Of a stretch of 64,000 nucleotides of DNA, positions 18,623 through 28,275 are shown piece after piece (the stretch's first letter is position 1; each line of letters starts with the position of its first letter). Position numbers and translations under genes: made by a program. The notes under the pieces are model-generated. The model was not told the origin of the DNA. It worked only from the letters and a program-made list of their open reading frames with translations, and searched no databases. The stretch is from Bryobacterales bacterium (GTDB taxonomy: Bacteria; Acidobacteriota; Terriglobia; Bryobacterales; UBA6623), in the NCBI GenBank assembly GCA_965214915.1, contig CBDCCP010000002.1, forward strand, positions 766,054-830,053. The letters are read 5' to 3'.

Positions 18623-18855
18623 GCAAGCCCAGGCAACTACGGGATGCGGCTGCAAAGCGGAAGGACCGCAGACAAAGCGGAGTGATCCGTCGGGGCCGGC
18701 CTCGGAACTCACGGGGCTTCTGGAGTGGATCGATCGGACGATGGGAACGGTGCGGTCCGCGGAGCAAGAGAGAAGTTTGACAGTCTGGACAGCTGTGCGG
18801 CACGCTTAAGCATATTTGCGCTCGCGCTGTCCTGAAATTCAAAAGGGGTATTGCC

Positions 18856-19674
18856 ATGCCTGAAACCATGCTGTTCGAAATGCGCGGCGGCGTTGCGCTG
18901 CTCACCTTCAACCGGCCGGAGCGGAACAACGCCATGACTCCGGCGATGCGCGAGCATTATTTCGATCTGCTCGAGCAATGCGCCGGCGATCCCGGCGTGC
19001 GCGCGGTCGTGCTGACCGGGGCGGGGAAGTCCTTCAGCGTCGGCGCCGACACGCAGGCGCTGCAGCAGCTCGACCCCAACGCCGCCGGCCGCGCGCGCAC
19101 GGCGCCGGCGAGGCCGGTTCATTACCCGCTGTCGATTCCGAAGCCGATCGTTTGCGCCATCAACGGCGGCTGCGCGGGAGTCTCGTTCGTGCATGCGCTC
19201 TGCTGCGACATTCGTTTCGCCGCGGCGGGGGCCAAGATGACGACGGCGTTCGTGCGCCGCGGACTGATTGCCGAATACGGCGTCTCGTGGCTGCTGCCGC
19301 GGCTGATCGGACAGTCGCGGGCGCTCGACTTGCTGCTTTCGGGCCGGGTGATCCTGGCCGAGGAAGCGCAGCAGCTCGGTCTTGTCAATGCGGTCTATCC
19401 GCAAGAGGAGTTGATCGACCGGGCGGTCGCCTACGCGCAGGATCTGGCCGATAACTGCTCGCCGGCTTCCATGGCGGTAATCAAGAGCCAAGTTTACGGC
19501 GACTTCGACGCCGGCATCGACGAATCGGCGGCGCGGGCGCGCGAAGAAATGACGGCGTCGTTCCGGCGGCCCGACTTCAAAGAAGGCGTGGCGAGCTTCG
19601 TCGAGAAGCGCAAGGCCGCGTTTCCGCCGTTGCCGGCCGATGCCGTCGAGGCGGCGGACGGCTCTACTGAATGA
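18856..19674 (+). CDS. Enoyl-CoA hydratase/isomerase (crotonase) family protein
   Basis: Typical crotonase N-terminus (GVALLTFNRPERNNAM...VVLTGAGKSFSVGAD) and oxyanion-hole region (AINGGCAGVSF). Confidence 0.85.
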   Translation: MPETMLFEMRGGVALLTFNRPERNNAMTPAMREHYFDLLEQCAGDPGVRAVVLTGAGKSFSVGADTQALQQLDPNAAGRARTAPARPVHYPLSIPKPIVCAINGGCAGVSFVHALCCDIRFAAAGAKMTTAFVRRGLIAEYGVSWLLPRLIGQSRALDLLLSGRVILAEEAQQLGLVNAVYPQEELIDRAVAYAQDLADNCSPASMAVIKSQVYGDFDAGIDESAARAREEMTASFRRPDFKEGVASFVEKRKAAFPPLPADAVEAADGSTE

Positions 19675-20971
19675 GATCGAGCACGAGGTCGCGGGGCTCG
19701 GGTACGTTGGCCGACAGGCGGAACGCATCTTCGACCAGTTGCACGGCCTCGGGCAGGTTTGTCTCGTCGGTATAGTAGAGCGCACAGAGTCCCGAACCGG
19801 CGACCACGTTATCCCCCACTTTGGCTTGCAGCACAATGCCCACCGCGGGGTCGATCTTGTCTTCCGTGTTGATGCGGCCCGCGCCCAGCAGCACTGCGGC
19901 GCGGCCGATGTCGTCGGCATTGATGCGGCTGATGTACCCGTCGCGGGGAGAGGCGATGACGTGCTCGCCGGACGCGTTCGGCAGCAGATCGAATTGCTGT
20001 AAGACGTTTGCGTTGCCGCCTTGCGCGGCGATGACGTTGCGCAAAACCTCGAGCGCCGAGCCGTCTTCGATCGCCGTGTTGGCCTGATCGCGGGCGCTGT
20101 CGATCGAGATCATCGGGTTGCCCATGAAGATCATGCGCGCCGCGGCTTCGATCCCCAGGCCGGTGAGGTCGGGCGGACCTTGTCCCTGAAGCGTCTGGGA
20201 GGCTTCCATGATCTCCAACGCATTGCCGACAGTGAAGCCCAAGGGTTGGTCCATATCGGTAAGCAGGGCCTGGACCTTCACGTCCATCCGCCGGCCGATG
20301 CTGATCATCAGTTGCGCGAGGCGGCGGGCCTCGGTGCGGCCCGAAAGCAGCGATCCCTTACCGACCTTGACGTCGAGAACGAGGCCGTCGAGACCCTCGG
20401 CAAGCTTTTTCGACATCGCCGAAGCCGCGATCAGCGCCTGGGACGAGACGGTTGCGGTTGCTTCGCGCAGATCGTACAAACGCTTATCCGCGGGGGCCAA
20501 CTCGTTGCTCTGCCCGGTGAAGGCCAGACCGAATTCCGTTACCAGGTCCTCGAAGTCGGCAAGCTCGAGTTGCGTGCGGAACCCGGGGATCGACTGGAGC
20601 TTGTCCAAGGTTCCGCCCGTATGCCCGATGCCGCGCTCGGCAATGACGGGAACCGCCAGCCCGCAAGCCGCGGCGACCGGAGCGGCAATCAGCGATATTT
20701 TGTCGCCGACGCCGCCGGTCGAGTGGTAATCGACCTTGGCTTTTTGGACTTCGGGAAGATCGACGCGCTGCCCGCAGCGGAGCATCGCCGCCGTCAGCGC
20801 GGTGGCTTCGGAGTCGTTGAATCCGTTGCACGTCCCGGCCATTAAAAAAGCAGCCATTTGCGCATCGGAAATTTCTGCGCGGATGTACCCGTTGATCAGC
20901 CGCTCAAGCTCTTCGAGAGTCAGTTCTTCGCTATTGCGTTTGCGGCGAATCAAATCTACAATTCGGTCCAT
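19664..20971 (-). CDS. deoA: Thymidine / pyrimidine-nucleoside phosphorylase
   Basis: 435 aa. Motifs: IRRKRNSEELTLEELERLINGY, QMAAFLMA, HSTGGVGDKISL, and the C-terminal PYNP domain. Confidence 0.9.
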   Translation of the reverse strand: MDRIVDLIRRKRNSEELTLEELERLINGYIRAEISDAQMAAFLMAGTCNGFNDSEATALTAAMLRCGQRVDLPEVQKAKVDYHSTGGVGDKISLIAAPVAAACGLAVPVIAERGIGHTGGTLDKLQSIPGFRTQLELADFEDLVTEFGLAFTGQSNELAPADKRLYDLREATATVSSQALIAASAMSKKLAEGLDGLVLDVKVGKGSLLSGRTEARRLAQLMISIGRRMDVKVQALLTDMDQPLGFTVGNALEIMEASQTLQGQGPPDLTGLGIEAAARMIFMGNPMISIDSARDQANTAIEDGSALEVLRNVIAAQGGNANVLQQFDLLPNASGEHVIASPRDGYISRINADDIGRAAVLLGAGRINTEDKIDPAVGIVLQAKVGDNVVAGSGLCALYYTDETNLPEAVQLVEDAFRLSANVPEPRDLVLDLIQ

Positions 20972-21154
20972 AAGTTACACATTCCTCTTAAGATAGCCCT
21001 CGATGCGGGCAACTTTTCTGCGGAACGCAAAACCTCCAGCCTAACACAGGCCGGCAGCGGGGATACAGGAGCGTCTTTTCCAATACAAGAGTGAGCCTTT
21101 AATATCGGGGGAGTGAGACTCAGGGGATATGGCCTCGTGGGCAGAGTTTCTTCT

Positions 21155-21870
21155 GGGCTGGAGGTTGTGGCGGTCAATCCGTTGCGCTTGCGGCGCTTCG
21201 CGGAAGCGCTCGGCCAGTTGGCCAAGAGCGATCGGGTGGACGCGGGGATGCCGGCGCGGGTCGGACGCTTGGCGGGTCTGCAGGGGACGCCTCCGCAGCC
21301 GGAGAGCCTGCGTCAACTCCACGATTTGTTGATTTTGCAGCGCAAGTTGAGCCAGCAGCGCACGGCGCTGGGGAAGCTGCATGAGGAGTTGGAGCGCGCC
21401 CAGGCCGGGCGGCAGGCGCGTGTGCTGTTGCGCGCGCTCGAGCGGCGCCTAGCGGCCCTGGAACCATTGATCGAGGCCATGCAGCGCTGCGGACGCGAGT
21501 TTGGCGCGACGGGTCGAACTCGTGCGCTCGATTCCGGGAATGGGTCCGGTCAACGCCGCCAGCTTGTGCGCCGACATGCTCGAGTTGGGCCAACTCGAGG
21601 GCCGCCAAGCGGCCGCCTTGTTGGGCTTGGCGCCGTTTGCCGACGACAGCGGACGCCGGCAGGGCAGCCGCCGCATCCGTGGCGGCCGCGAACATCCCCG
21701 GCGTCTACTGTACATGGCCGCTACAACAGCCGTCCGCTGGAATCCCCCAATGCGGGCCTTCTTTGAACGCCTGGCCAGAAGGACAAAAGCTACAAGGTGG
21801 CCTTGGTCGCTGTAATGAGAAAGCTGATCGTGCTCGTCAACACGCTGCTGCGGGAGGATCGCCTCTGGCA
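21155..21870 (+). mobile_element. IS110-family transposase pseudogene (5'-truncated, at least two frameshifts)
   Basis: Three consecutive frames carry IS110 signatures: LEVVAVNPLRLRRFAEALGQLAKSDRVDA (end of the DEDD domain), then LVRSIPGMGPVNAASLCADMLELGQL...LLGLAPFADDSGRRQGSRRIRGGR...LYMAATTAVRWNPPMRAFFERL, then VALVAVMRKLIVLVNTLLREDRLW. The N-terminal ~100 aa are absent. Confidence 0.75.
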
Positions 21871-22050
21871 GTTTCCCCCACGGCAGCCCCGGCGCAGGCT
21901 TGAGTACGGCCAGTCTCGGTTCCCGCTCCTCAACCACAACGACCCACAGAAAAAATCAACCGCGCACTTTTATCAGTAATCGAACTTGACAAAAAAACAC
22001 GGAAGCTGCAGGAGGGGGCGGTATTGGGGTAGTAAGGCAAGCTGTGGGCG

Positions 22051-22284
22051 ATGGGAGTGGCTATGCAGCAAGCGGAATCGTTGAGTCTGGAGCAGCTCGA
22101 GGCGTTCCCGGCGGGGACGGAGAAGGTCGCCTTTCGAGCGGAGGGCCGCAGCGCGCGCTGGCAGTTGTTCGAGGCCGTGTTGAGCCGGCATCACTATGCC
22201 CGGTTGGGCCGTGGGCAGAAGGGTCTGCTGCAGCGCTTCTTGCAGAAGCTGAGCGGTCTGAGCCGCGCCCCGCCGCGACTTTGA
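22051..22284 (+). pseudogene. N-terminal fragment (~77 aa) of an integrase-core (rve-type) transposase
   Basis: MQQAESLSLEQLEAFPAGTEKVAFRAEGRSARWQLFEAVLSRHHYARLGRGQKGLLQRFLQKLSGLSRA matches the N-terminal pattern I recall for a family of rve transposases. The reading frame ends abruptly at 22284. Confidence 0.5.
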
Positions 22285-22289
22285 TCTTG

Positions 22290-23674
22290 TCCATCGACCC
22301 GATAATCCGCCCGCCCGTCCGGGCCCAACACGGTGGAACCCCCGCCGCCGGTGAGCGTGAGCCGCTCGAGGGCGACGCCGGCATGGGTAGCCGCCAGCTT
22401 GACTTGATTCAGGGCGACTCGCGCCCCCCAGCCGGCCACGATCATCGGCCCGAACGCCGTCGCAAACTCGGCGGCCCGCGCCCCGGCCACCCGCCCGGCC
22501 AATTCGTGCGCCCGGCCGACCACAACGTCGGTGTCCGCCCGCGTCAGCCCCAACGTCTGCAACTCGCCCCGCGCGCTCCACTTCCAGCGCCGCCCGCGCC
22601 GGATCCAGCGCCGCCCGCAGGAATCCCCGCCCGACCCGTCCGACCTCGCCGCCGATCAACGACGCCCGCGCCGCGCTCTGCATGCTGCGCTCCAACGCCG
22701 CGCGCCGACCGGCGCTGCGCTGCGCCTGCTTATTCATCTGCGCCATCTTGCCCGCGGCCGCGGCGTGCGCCTCCGCCACCTCTTTCGCGATGCTGCCGAT
22801 CTTGCGCAGATCGCAACCGTAATCCTTCAGCTTCCGGCGCATCTCACCGGCCGTCTCGCTCGCCCGCTTTTGCCCCTCCGTCAGCCTTTCGCGCTCGCCC
22901 AGCGCCAGTTTGTTCTCCTGCCACAACCGAATCGCCTTGCCGCGGTCGTCCAGGCTGCGCATCTTCGCCGCCAGCGCCGCAGCATCCTTGCCCAGCTTCT
23001 CCATGCTATGCTCTACCCGTGGATCCCGAAACCCGTTGGCTCTGGCGGTCGGTGCTTGTTCTGGCGCTGCCTCCCGCGCTGGGGTACATGTGGATCATGC
23101 AGCGCTCGGCCTGCTCGCGGCCGCCGGCGGATACTTCATCGGTCTCGTCCTCGCGTTCATCGCCGTCTTCGTCGCGCTGCTCGCTTTCAATGGCGTCGTC
23201 AATCTCTGGGATACGCTGCTCGAAGAGCATCGCTCAGTGCGCTCAGCCCGCCGCGGCGCCCCCGCCGAACAACAGCTTCGCCCGCTTGACGGCCAGCGCC
23301 CGGTAGGCGAGCAGCCGACTCCACGGCATCCGCTCGATTTCATCTAGCGCCCAGTGGTTGACGGCGGCCCCAAATCCGCCACTGCCCCCCGCCGCGCCCG
23401 CAGCCGCGCTCACGATGCCGAACCCCCTCACCGCGATCTTGCCGCAGGCCCACGCCGCCCGGCCGACCTGCGCCGCCCGGCTCATTCGCCGGATGCTCCC
23501 CTCCGTCCGCTCGATCTGCTCGCGCACTTTCCACTGCGCGGATCCGAAATCGCGCGTATCGATCCCCGCCTTGTGCAGCTCCTCCCGCAGCCTGCCCAAA
23601 GACTTGCACTGCTCGTCTTGCTCGCGGCTCAACCGCGCCGCCGCTTGATGCGCGGCGGCCAACTCCCGCCGCAT
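22290..23674 (-). pseudogene. Phage tail tape-measure-like coiled-coil gene fragments (several frames), prophage debris
   Basis: Minus-strand pieces: MRRELAAAHQAAARLSREQDEQCKSLGRLREELHKAGIDTRDFG... (23674-23243). MEKLGKDAAALAAKMRSLDD...ASLIGGEVGRVGRGFLRAALDPARAALEVERA (23004 downward). Then, in another frame, LQTLGLTRADTDVVVGRAHELAGRVAGARAAEFATAFGPMIVAGWGARVALNQVKLAATHAGVALERLTLTGGGG (22562 downward). The plus-strand frames here are P/R-rich nonsense. Confidence 0.35.
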
Positions 23675-23927
23675 CGCCCTCTATGTCCTGCCTCCCCGCA
23701 GCCCCCAACTCAACGGCCGCGTCGAACGCATGCAAGCCACCTGGCGCTACGCGGTCTACTCCCTCTACTCGCTGCCCCAGCGCCTCCAGCAACTCAACCC
23801 GCTGATCGACTCCTTCGCCCATCGCTACAACCACTTCCGCCCCCATGACGCCCTTGACTCCCGCTCCCCCATCCAGTACCTTCGTACCCACAGCTTCGCT
23901 CTACCCCCGCTGTCTCATCTGTCCTGA
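23670..23927 (+). pseudogene. C-terminal fragment of an integrase-core (rve-type) transposase
   Basis: IALYVLPPRSPQLNGRVERMQATWRYAVYSLYSLPQRLQQLNPLIDSFAHRYNHFRPHDALDSRSPIQYL is the third catalytic-residue region (NG.VER) and tail of DDE/rve transposases. It has the same orientation as the N-terminal fragment at 22051. Confidence 0.55.
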
Positions 23928-24075
23928 ACCCGCACAAGCCTTGACTGAAAAGCCGCCATCGCAATACATTCAAAGATACGGGTTCTTGCCATGAATCCCG
24001 CGCGGCTGCGCCCCTTTTCGCGGCTTGCGTTTTCATCTTTCCATGTGAGCGAGCGGACGGAGAACCGAAATCCCT

Positions 24076-26025
24076 ATGGCCAATTTGACCGAGACCCACG
24101 AATTTCAAGCCGAGACCAAGCAACTGCTCGATTTGATGATCCATTCCTTGTACACCAACAAGGAAATCTTCTTGCGGGAGTTGATCTCAAACGCATCGGA
24201 TGCTCTCGACAGACTTCGTTTCGCGGCGTTGACCGATGCGGGCCTGCTGGCAGAAGGAGAAGAGTTGGAGATTCGCCTCGACGTCGATAAGCAGGCGCGG
24301 ACATTGACGGTTCAGGACAACGGCATCGGCATGTCGCGCGAGGAGGTTATCGAGAACATCGGGTCGATCGCCAAATCGGGCACGCGCGAGATGGTCGACA
24401 AGATCGAGGCCGCCAAGGGCGGGGAAGTTCCTCCCGAGCTGATCGGACGCTTCGGCGTCGGTTTCTACTCTGCCTTCATGGCCGCGGACAAGATTACGCT
24501 GGAGACCCGGCGCGCGGGAGAGGCAACTTCCACGCGATGGGAATCCGAGGCCGACGGAACGTACACGCTTGCGGAGGGAGGCCGCTCGAAACGAGGCACG
24601 GCCGTCACCTTGCGCCTGAAGGCCGTGGATGCCGACGCCGGCATCGAAGACTTCACCGACGAGTGGACGCTGGGCCGCATCGTCAAGCGGTATTCCGATT
24701 TCATCGCCTATCCGATCCGGCAGAAGACACAGCGCGAAGAAAAAGAGACGGACGAAAAGGGCATTCTCAAACCCGACGGCAAGACGACCGTCGTCACCGA
24801 AGACAAGACGCTGAACTCAATGAAGCCGATATGGGCGCGGGCCGCGGCGGACGTTAGCGAAGAGGAGCATACGGAGTTCTACAAGCACCTCTCCGGCGAT
24901 TGGAACGAGCCGTTGCTGCACTTGCGCGTGAAGGCGGAAGGCATATCGGAATACGAGTCGCTGCTTTATATTCCCTCGGAGCCGCAGCACGATCTACATG
25001 TCTGGGGAATGGAATTCGGCCTGCAAATCTATGCGCGCCGCGTTTTGATCATGGAGCGTTGCGAAGAAGCCGTGCCGCGCTATCTGCGTTTCGTTTACGG
25101 CGTCGTGGACTCGTCGGACCTGCCGCTGAACATATCTCGGCAGACGCTGCAAGAGAATCGCCACATTGCCCTGATCAACAAGTTTCTGGCGCGGAAAATG
25201 CTGGACGCTCTTGCCGATCTCCAGAAGAACGACGAAGAGAAGTACCTCAAGTTCTGGAAGCATTTCGGGAGCGTGCTCAAGGAAGGCGTCGGGGCGGCGT
25301 TCGAGCACAAGGATCGGCTTACCGCGCTCATGCTGTTCGAATCGTCTCATCATCCCGAAAAGCTTACGACCTTGAAGGAATACGTCGAGCGGTTGCAAGA
25401 GGGGCAGTCGGCGATTTTCTATCTCACCGGAGAATCCCGGTCGATGGTCGAGAATTCGCCGCTGCTAGAGGCTTTTCGCAAGAAAAACTATGAAGTGCTC
25501 TATCTGACAGATCCGGTTGACGAGCTGCTCGTGCAGTATCTGACCGAGTTCGACGGCAAAAAATTGCAATCCGCCGCGAAAGGCGAACTCGACCTCGGCG
25601 ATGAAAAAGAAAAAAAACAGTTGGAGGGAGAGCGTAAGGAGCAGGAAAAGAAATACTCGAGCCTGTTGGATTTACTGGGCAAGAAGCTCGAAAACGATAT
25701 CAAGAAAGTTAGGCTTTCGACGCGCTTGACGGACTCGCCCGCATGCTTGGCCGGCGACGAGCACGATGTGAGTCCGCAGCTTGAGCGGATGTTGCGTGTC
25801 GCGAATCCCGACGGCCCGAAGCAGAAGCGCATTCTCGAGCTCAACGGAGCGCACGAAATCGTCCGCAAGCTGCATGGGCGTTTCGACAAAGACAAGGCGG
25901 ACCCCGTCATCGACGAATATGCGGAGCTGCTCTACGGATATGCGCTGCTGTCCGAAGGCGCGGAACTGCACGATGCGGTAAAATTCAACCGGGCGCTCGC
26001 CGGGTTGATGGCGAAGTCTCTCTGA
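24076..26025 (+). CDS. htpG: Molecular chaperone HtpG (Hsp90)
   Basis: FQAETKQLLDLMIHSLYTNKEIFLRELISNASDALDRLRF, IGRFGVGFYSAFMAADK, and a 649-aa length. Confidence 0.95.
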   Translation: MANLTETHEFQAETKQLLDLMIHSLYTNKEIFLRELISNASDALDRLRFAALTDAGLLAEGEELEIRLDVDKQARTLTVQDNGIGMSREEVIENIGSIAKSGTREMVDKIEAAKGGEVPPELIGRFGVGFYSAFMAADKITLETRRAGEATSTRWESEADGTYTLAEGGRSKRGTAVTLRLKAVDADAGIEDFTDEWTLGRIVKRYSDFIAYPIRQKTQREEKETDEKGILKPDGKTTVVTEDKTLNSMKPIWARAAADVSEEEHTEFYKHLSGDWNEPLLHLRVKAEGISEYESLLYIPSEPQHDLHVWGMEFGLQIYARRVLIMERCEEAVPRYLRFVYGVVDSSDLPLNISRQTLQENRHIALINKFLARKMLDALADLQKNDEEKYLKFWKHFGSVLKEGVGAAFEHKDRLTALMLFESSHHPEKLTTLKEYVERLQEGQSAIFYLTGESRSMVENSPLLEAFRKKNYEVLYLTDPVDELLVQYLTEFDGKKLQSAAKGELDLGDEKEKKQLEGERKEQEKKYSSLLDLLGKKLENDIKKVRLSTRLTDSPACLAGDEHDVSPQLERMLRVANPDGPKQKRILELNGAHEIVRKLHGRFDKDKADPVIDEYAELLYGYALLSEGAELHDAVKFNRALAGLMAKSL

Positions 26026-26050
26026 CACGGTTGCAACCGCCCGCATCGAC

Positions 26051-26359
26051 ATGGAAGCCAAGTTCGCCATCGGCAGCGTCGTTCACCATCTGCGCTTCGA
26101 TTACCGCGGCGTGATCTACGATGTGGACCCCGTGTTTTTGGGCAGCGATGAATGGTACGAGCAGGTCGCGCGGTCGCGTCCCCCGAAAGACAAGCCCTGG
26201 TACAAAGTTCTGGTGCATCGGGGGACTCATGAGACTTACGTTGCCGAGCGGCATCTGGAGCGCGACGACAGCGGCGAGCCGATCGTTCACCCGGCCGTCG
26301 ATTACGTTTTCGAACGGTTCGAGAACGGAGTGTACGTTCCGCGCGTGCGCGTAAATTAA
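26051..26359 (+). CDS. hspQ: Heat-shock protein HspQ / hemimethylated-DNA-binding YccV family
   Basis: KFAIGSVVHHLRFDYRGVIYDVDPVF...PWYKVLVH...TYVAERHLE is the YccV/HspQ signature. It lies 25 nt downstream of htpG. Confidence 0.85.
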   Translation: MEAKFAIGSVVHHLRFDYRGVIYDVDPVFLGSDEWYEQVARSRPPKDKPWYKVLVHRGTHETYVAERHLERDDSGEPIVHPAVDYVFERFENGVYVPRVRVN

Positions 26360-26375
26360 GAACGTTTTTCCGCGT

Positions 26376-27836
26376 TCACTCCGGCCGCTCGGTGGCGGCT
26401 AATTGGGGATCGTAAGCGGGGTTCAGCCGATGGCGGATGGGCACGTTTTCTTCGATCCATTGCCGCAGCTTGCCGCGCAGCTCCGCTGTTTTTCCCGGTT
26501 TTTCAGCGGCTAGATTCCGCGCTTCGCCGATATCGTTTTCGAGATCGTAGAGTTCGATTCCGGGCGGGTCGTAATGCTCGATCAACTTGAAGCGGCCGGA
26601 GCGGACCGCCGCCCCGGGCCGCCTAGCCTGAGGGCTGTAGTGCGGATAATACCAATAAAGATCGCGGGCGGGGAAGCCGCCGCCGGCTTCCAGCAGCGGC
26701 GTCAGACTGCGTCCTTGCGTTTCGCCCGGGCGGGCTTGGCCGCCGGCCCACTCGGCGATCGTGGGGTAGAGGTCCGCAAGGCTTACCGGGACGTCGGACA
26801 CGGCGCCGGCACGGCCTCGTCCCGGCAACGAAACGATTAACGGCACGCGGATGCCCCCTTCGTAGAGATGCCCCTTGCCCTCGCGCAGCGGCGCGTTGCG
26901 GGTCGCGGCCTGTTCCCCGCCGTTGTCCGAGGTAAAGACGATCGCGGTGTCGCCGCGCAGCCCCAGGCGTTCCACTGTGTCGATCACGCGGCCGAGGCTT
27001 TCATCGACTTTTTCGATCATCGCGGCGTAAACGGCGCTGAACTGGGAATCGTCCTCCCGCAGTTTCCGTTCGTACTTGCGGACCAAGTCGGCGGGGGCTT
27101 GCAGCGGCGTATGGACGGCGTAGTGGGTCAGGTAAAGAAAGAACGATTTTTCGGCATTCCGTTCGATAAAGCGGACCGCCTCGTCGGTGAGGCGGTCGGT
27201 CAGGTATTCTCCCGGCTTGCCTCCCTGGAGTGTTGGAATTGCGGAGTTCCACTCCTTGTCGGGGTTCCGATACGGGTAGAAGTGCGTTGGCGGGCTGCCG
27301 TGATCGTAACCGGCGACGTTGAGGTCGAAGCCCTGCTCTTCGGGCCAGTACGGCTCGGAGCCGAGATGCCATTTGCCGATGCTCGCGGAGACGTAGCCGG
27401 CGGGTTTCAGAGCTTCGGCCAGAGTCGTCTCGCGCCGGCGCAGAAACATATAATCGTCGGGCGGGACGATGCGCCCGTGCTTTTTGTAGCGATGGCGGAG
27501 AATCGCGGTGATGTGTCCGGTAAACCCCACGGAACCGGGCTGCTTGCCGGTCATCAGCGCGGCTCGGCTCGGGGAGCAGACCGGGCAGGCCGAGTAAGCG
27601 CCGGTGAAGCGTATGCCCTCCGCGGCCAAGCGGTCGATCCGCGGCGTTTCGTAAAAGGAACTGCCTTGGCAGCCCAAGTCCGCCCAACCCAGGTCATCGA
27701 CCAGGAAAAGGATAATATTCGGTGGCCGCTCGCTTTCTGTGGCCCGCGCGCGCGCCGGTTGGGCGCCTGCCGCGGCGAGGCCGAGTCCCAGTCGCAAGAA
27801 ATCGCGACGGCTGCCTGTCGCGGTTTCGTTTGTCAC
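26376..27836 (-). CDS. Formylglycine-type sulfatase with Tat signal
   Basis: SRRDFLRLGLGLAAAGA twin-arginine leader. PNIILFLVDDLGWAD. Active-site CPVCSPSRAALMTG. The GTG start at 27836 has GGAG 9 nt upstream. The longer ORF from 27926 would overlap vapC. Confidence 0.9.
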   Translation of the reverse strand: MTNETATGSRRDFLRLGLGLAAAGAQPARARATESERPPNIILFLVDDLGWADLGCQGSSFYETPRIDRLAAEGIRFTGAYSACPVCSPSRAALMTGKQPGSVGFTGHITAILRHRYKKHGRIVPPDDYMFLRRRETTLAEALKPAGYVSASIGKWHLGSEPYWPEEQGFDLNVAGYDHGSPPTHFYPYRNPDKEWNSAIPTLQGGKPGEYLTDRLTDEAVRFIERNAEKSFFLYLTHYAVHTPLQAPADLVRKYERKLREDDSQFSAVYAAMIEKVDESLGRVIDTVERLGLRGDTAIVFTSDNGGEQAATRNAPLREGKGHLYEGGIRVPLIVSLPGRGRAGAVSDVPVSLADLYPTIAEWAGGQARPGETQGRSLTPLLEAGGGFPARDLYWYYPHYSPQARRPGAAVRSGRFKLIEHYDPPGIELYDLENDIGEARNLAAEKPGKTAELRGKLRQWIEENVPIRHRLNPAYDPQLAATERPE

Positions 27837-27888
27837 GCTTGAATCTCCGCCGAATCCGCGCGCTATTTTTTCATCGACCAGAGACGCA

Positions 27889-28275
27889 TCATGCCGCCTC
27901 GATGTCGGTAAGGGCGAAATCCCCACCCTTGAACAGAAGGGGTTCCCGTTGCGTTTCCGCGAGCGCGTACGCCAAGCAGTCTCCGAAGTTCAGCGCCGCC
28001 GGATGATTGCCTTTGCCGAAGCGCCGCCAAGCGCGTCGGGCGGCTTGCACATGTTCCGCCGTAACCGGCGCCGCTTCGATTGCGGAGCTTTTCATGAACA
28101 CGTCGAGTTCGTGCCCCGCCGCTGCGCCCCCTCGACTTTCCGCCACGATGTACGCTTCCAGAACATTGGCGGCCGACATGCGGCAGGGCGCTGCCGTCAT
28201 GATCGCTCTGGCGTAGCGCTCCGCATCCGTCTCGCTGAACAGAACCGCCAACACCGCCGACGTGTCGACGATCAT
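27889..28275 (-). CDS. vapC: PIN-domain ribonuclease toxin VapC
   Basis: MIVDTSAVLAVLFSE...(acidic residues D4, E, D)...NFGDCLAYALA is the classical VapC/FitB pattern. There is a 4-nt overlap with the upstream antitoxin. Confidence 0.85.
   Translation of the reverse strand: MIVDTSAVLAVLFSETDAERYARAIMTAAPCRMSAANVLEAYIVAESRGGAAAGHELDVFMKSSAIEAAPVTAEHVQAARRAWRRFGKGNHPAALNFGDCLAYALAETQREPLLFKGGDFALTDIEAA

Noticed and set aside
23006-23230. Acidic 74-aa minus-strand ORF (MLFEQRIPEIDDAIESEQRDEDGDEREDETDEV...) and the TM-like plus-strand reading of the same DNA.
   Set aside because: Either strand gives a plausible-looking peptide. The segment is embedded in frameshifted phage debris, so neither can be supported as an intact gene.
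23941-23970. TTGACT-N17/18-TACATT, a sigma70-like or sigma32-like promoter candidate upstream of htpG.
   Set aside because: It is only a partial match to either consensus (no CCCCAT-type -10 for sigma32). No CIRCE element is present. The call is too weak.
24076-26359. htpG-hspQ adjacency as a possible heat-shock operon of special interest.
   Set aside because: Both are ordinary, well-known stress genes, and nothing unusual is visible in sequence or spacing.
26359-26376. Possible bidirectional terminator between hspQ and the convergent sulfatase (GAACG-N8-CGTTC).
   Set aside because: The stem is 5 bp with a loose loop. The stability is too low to call.
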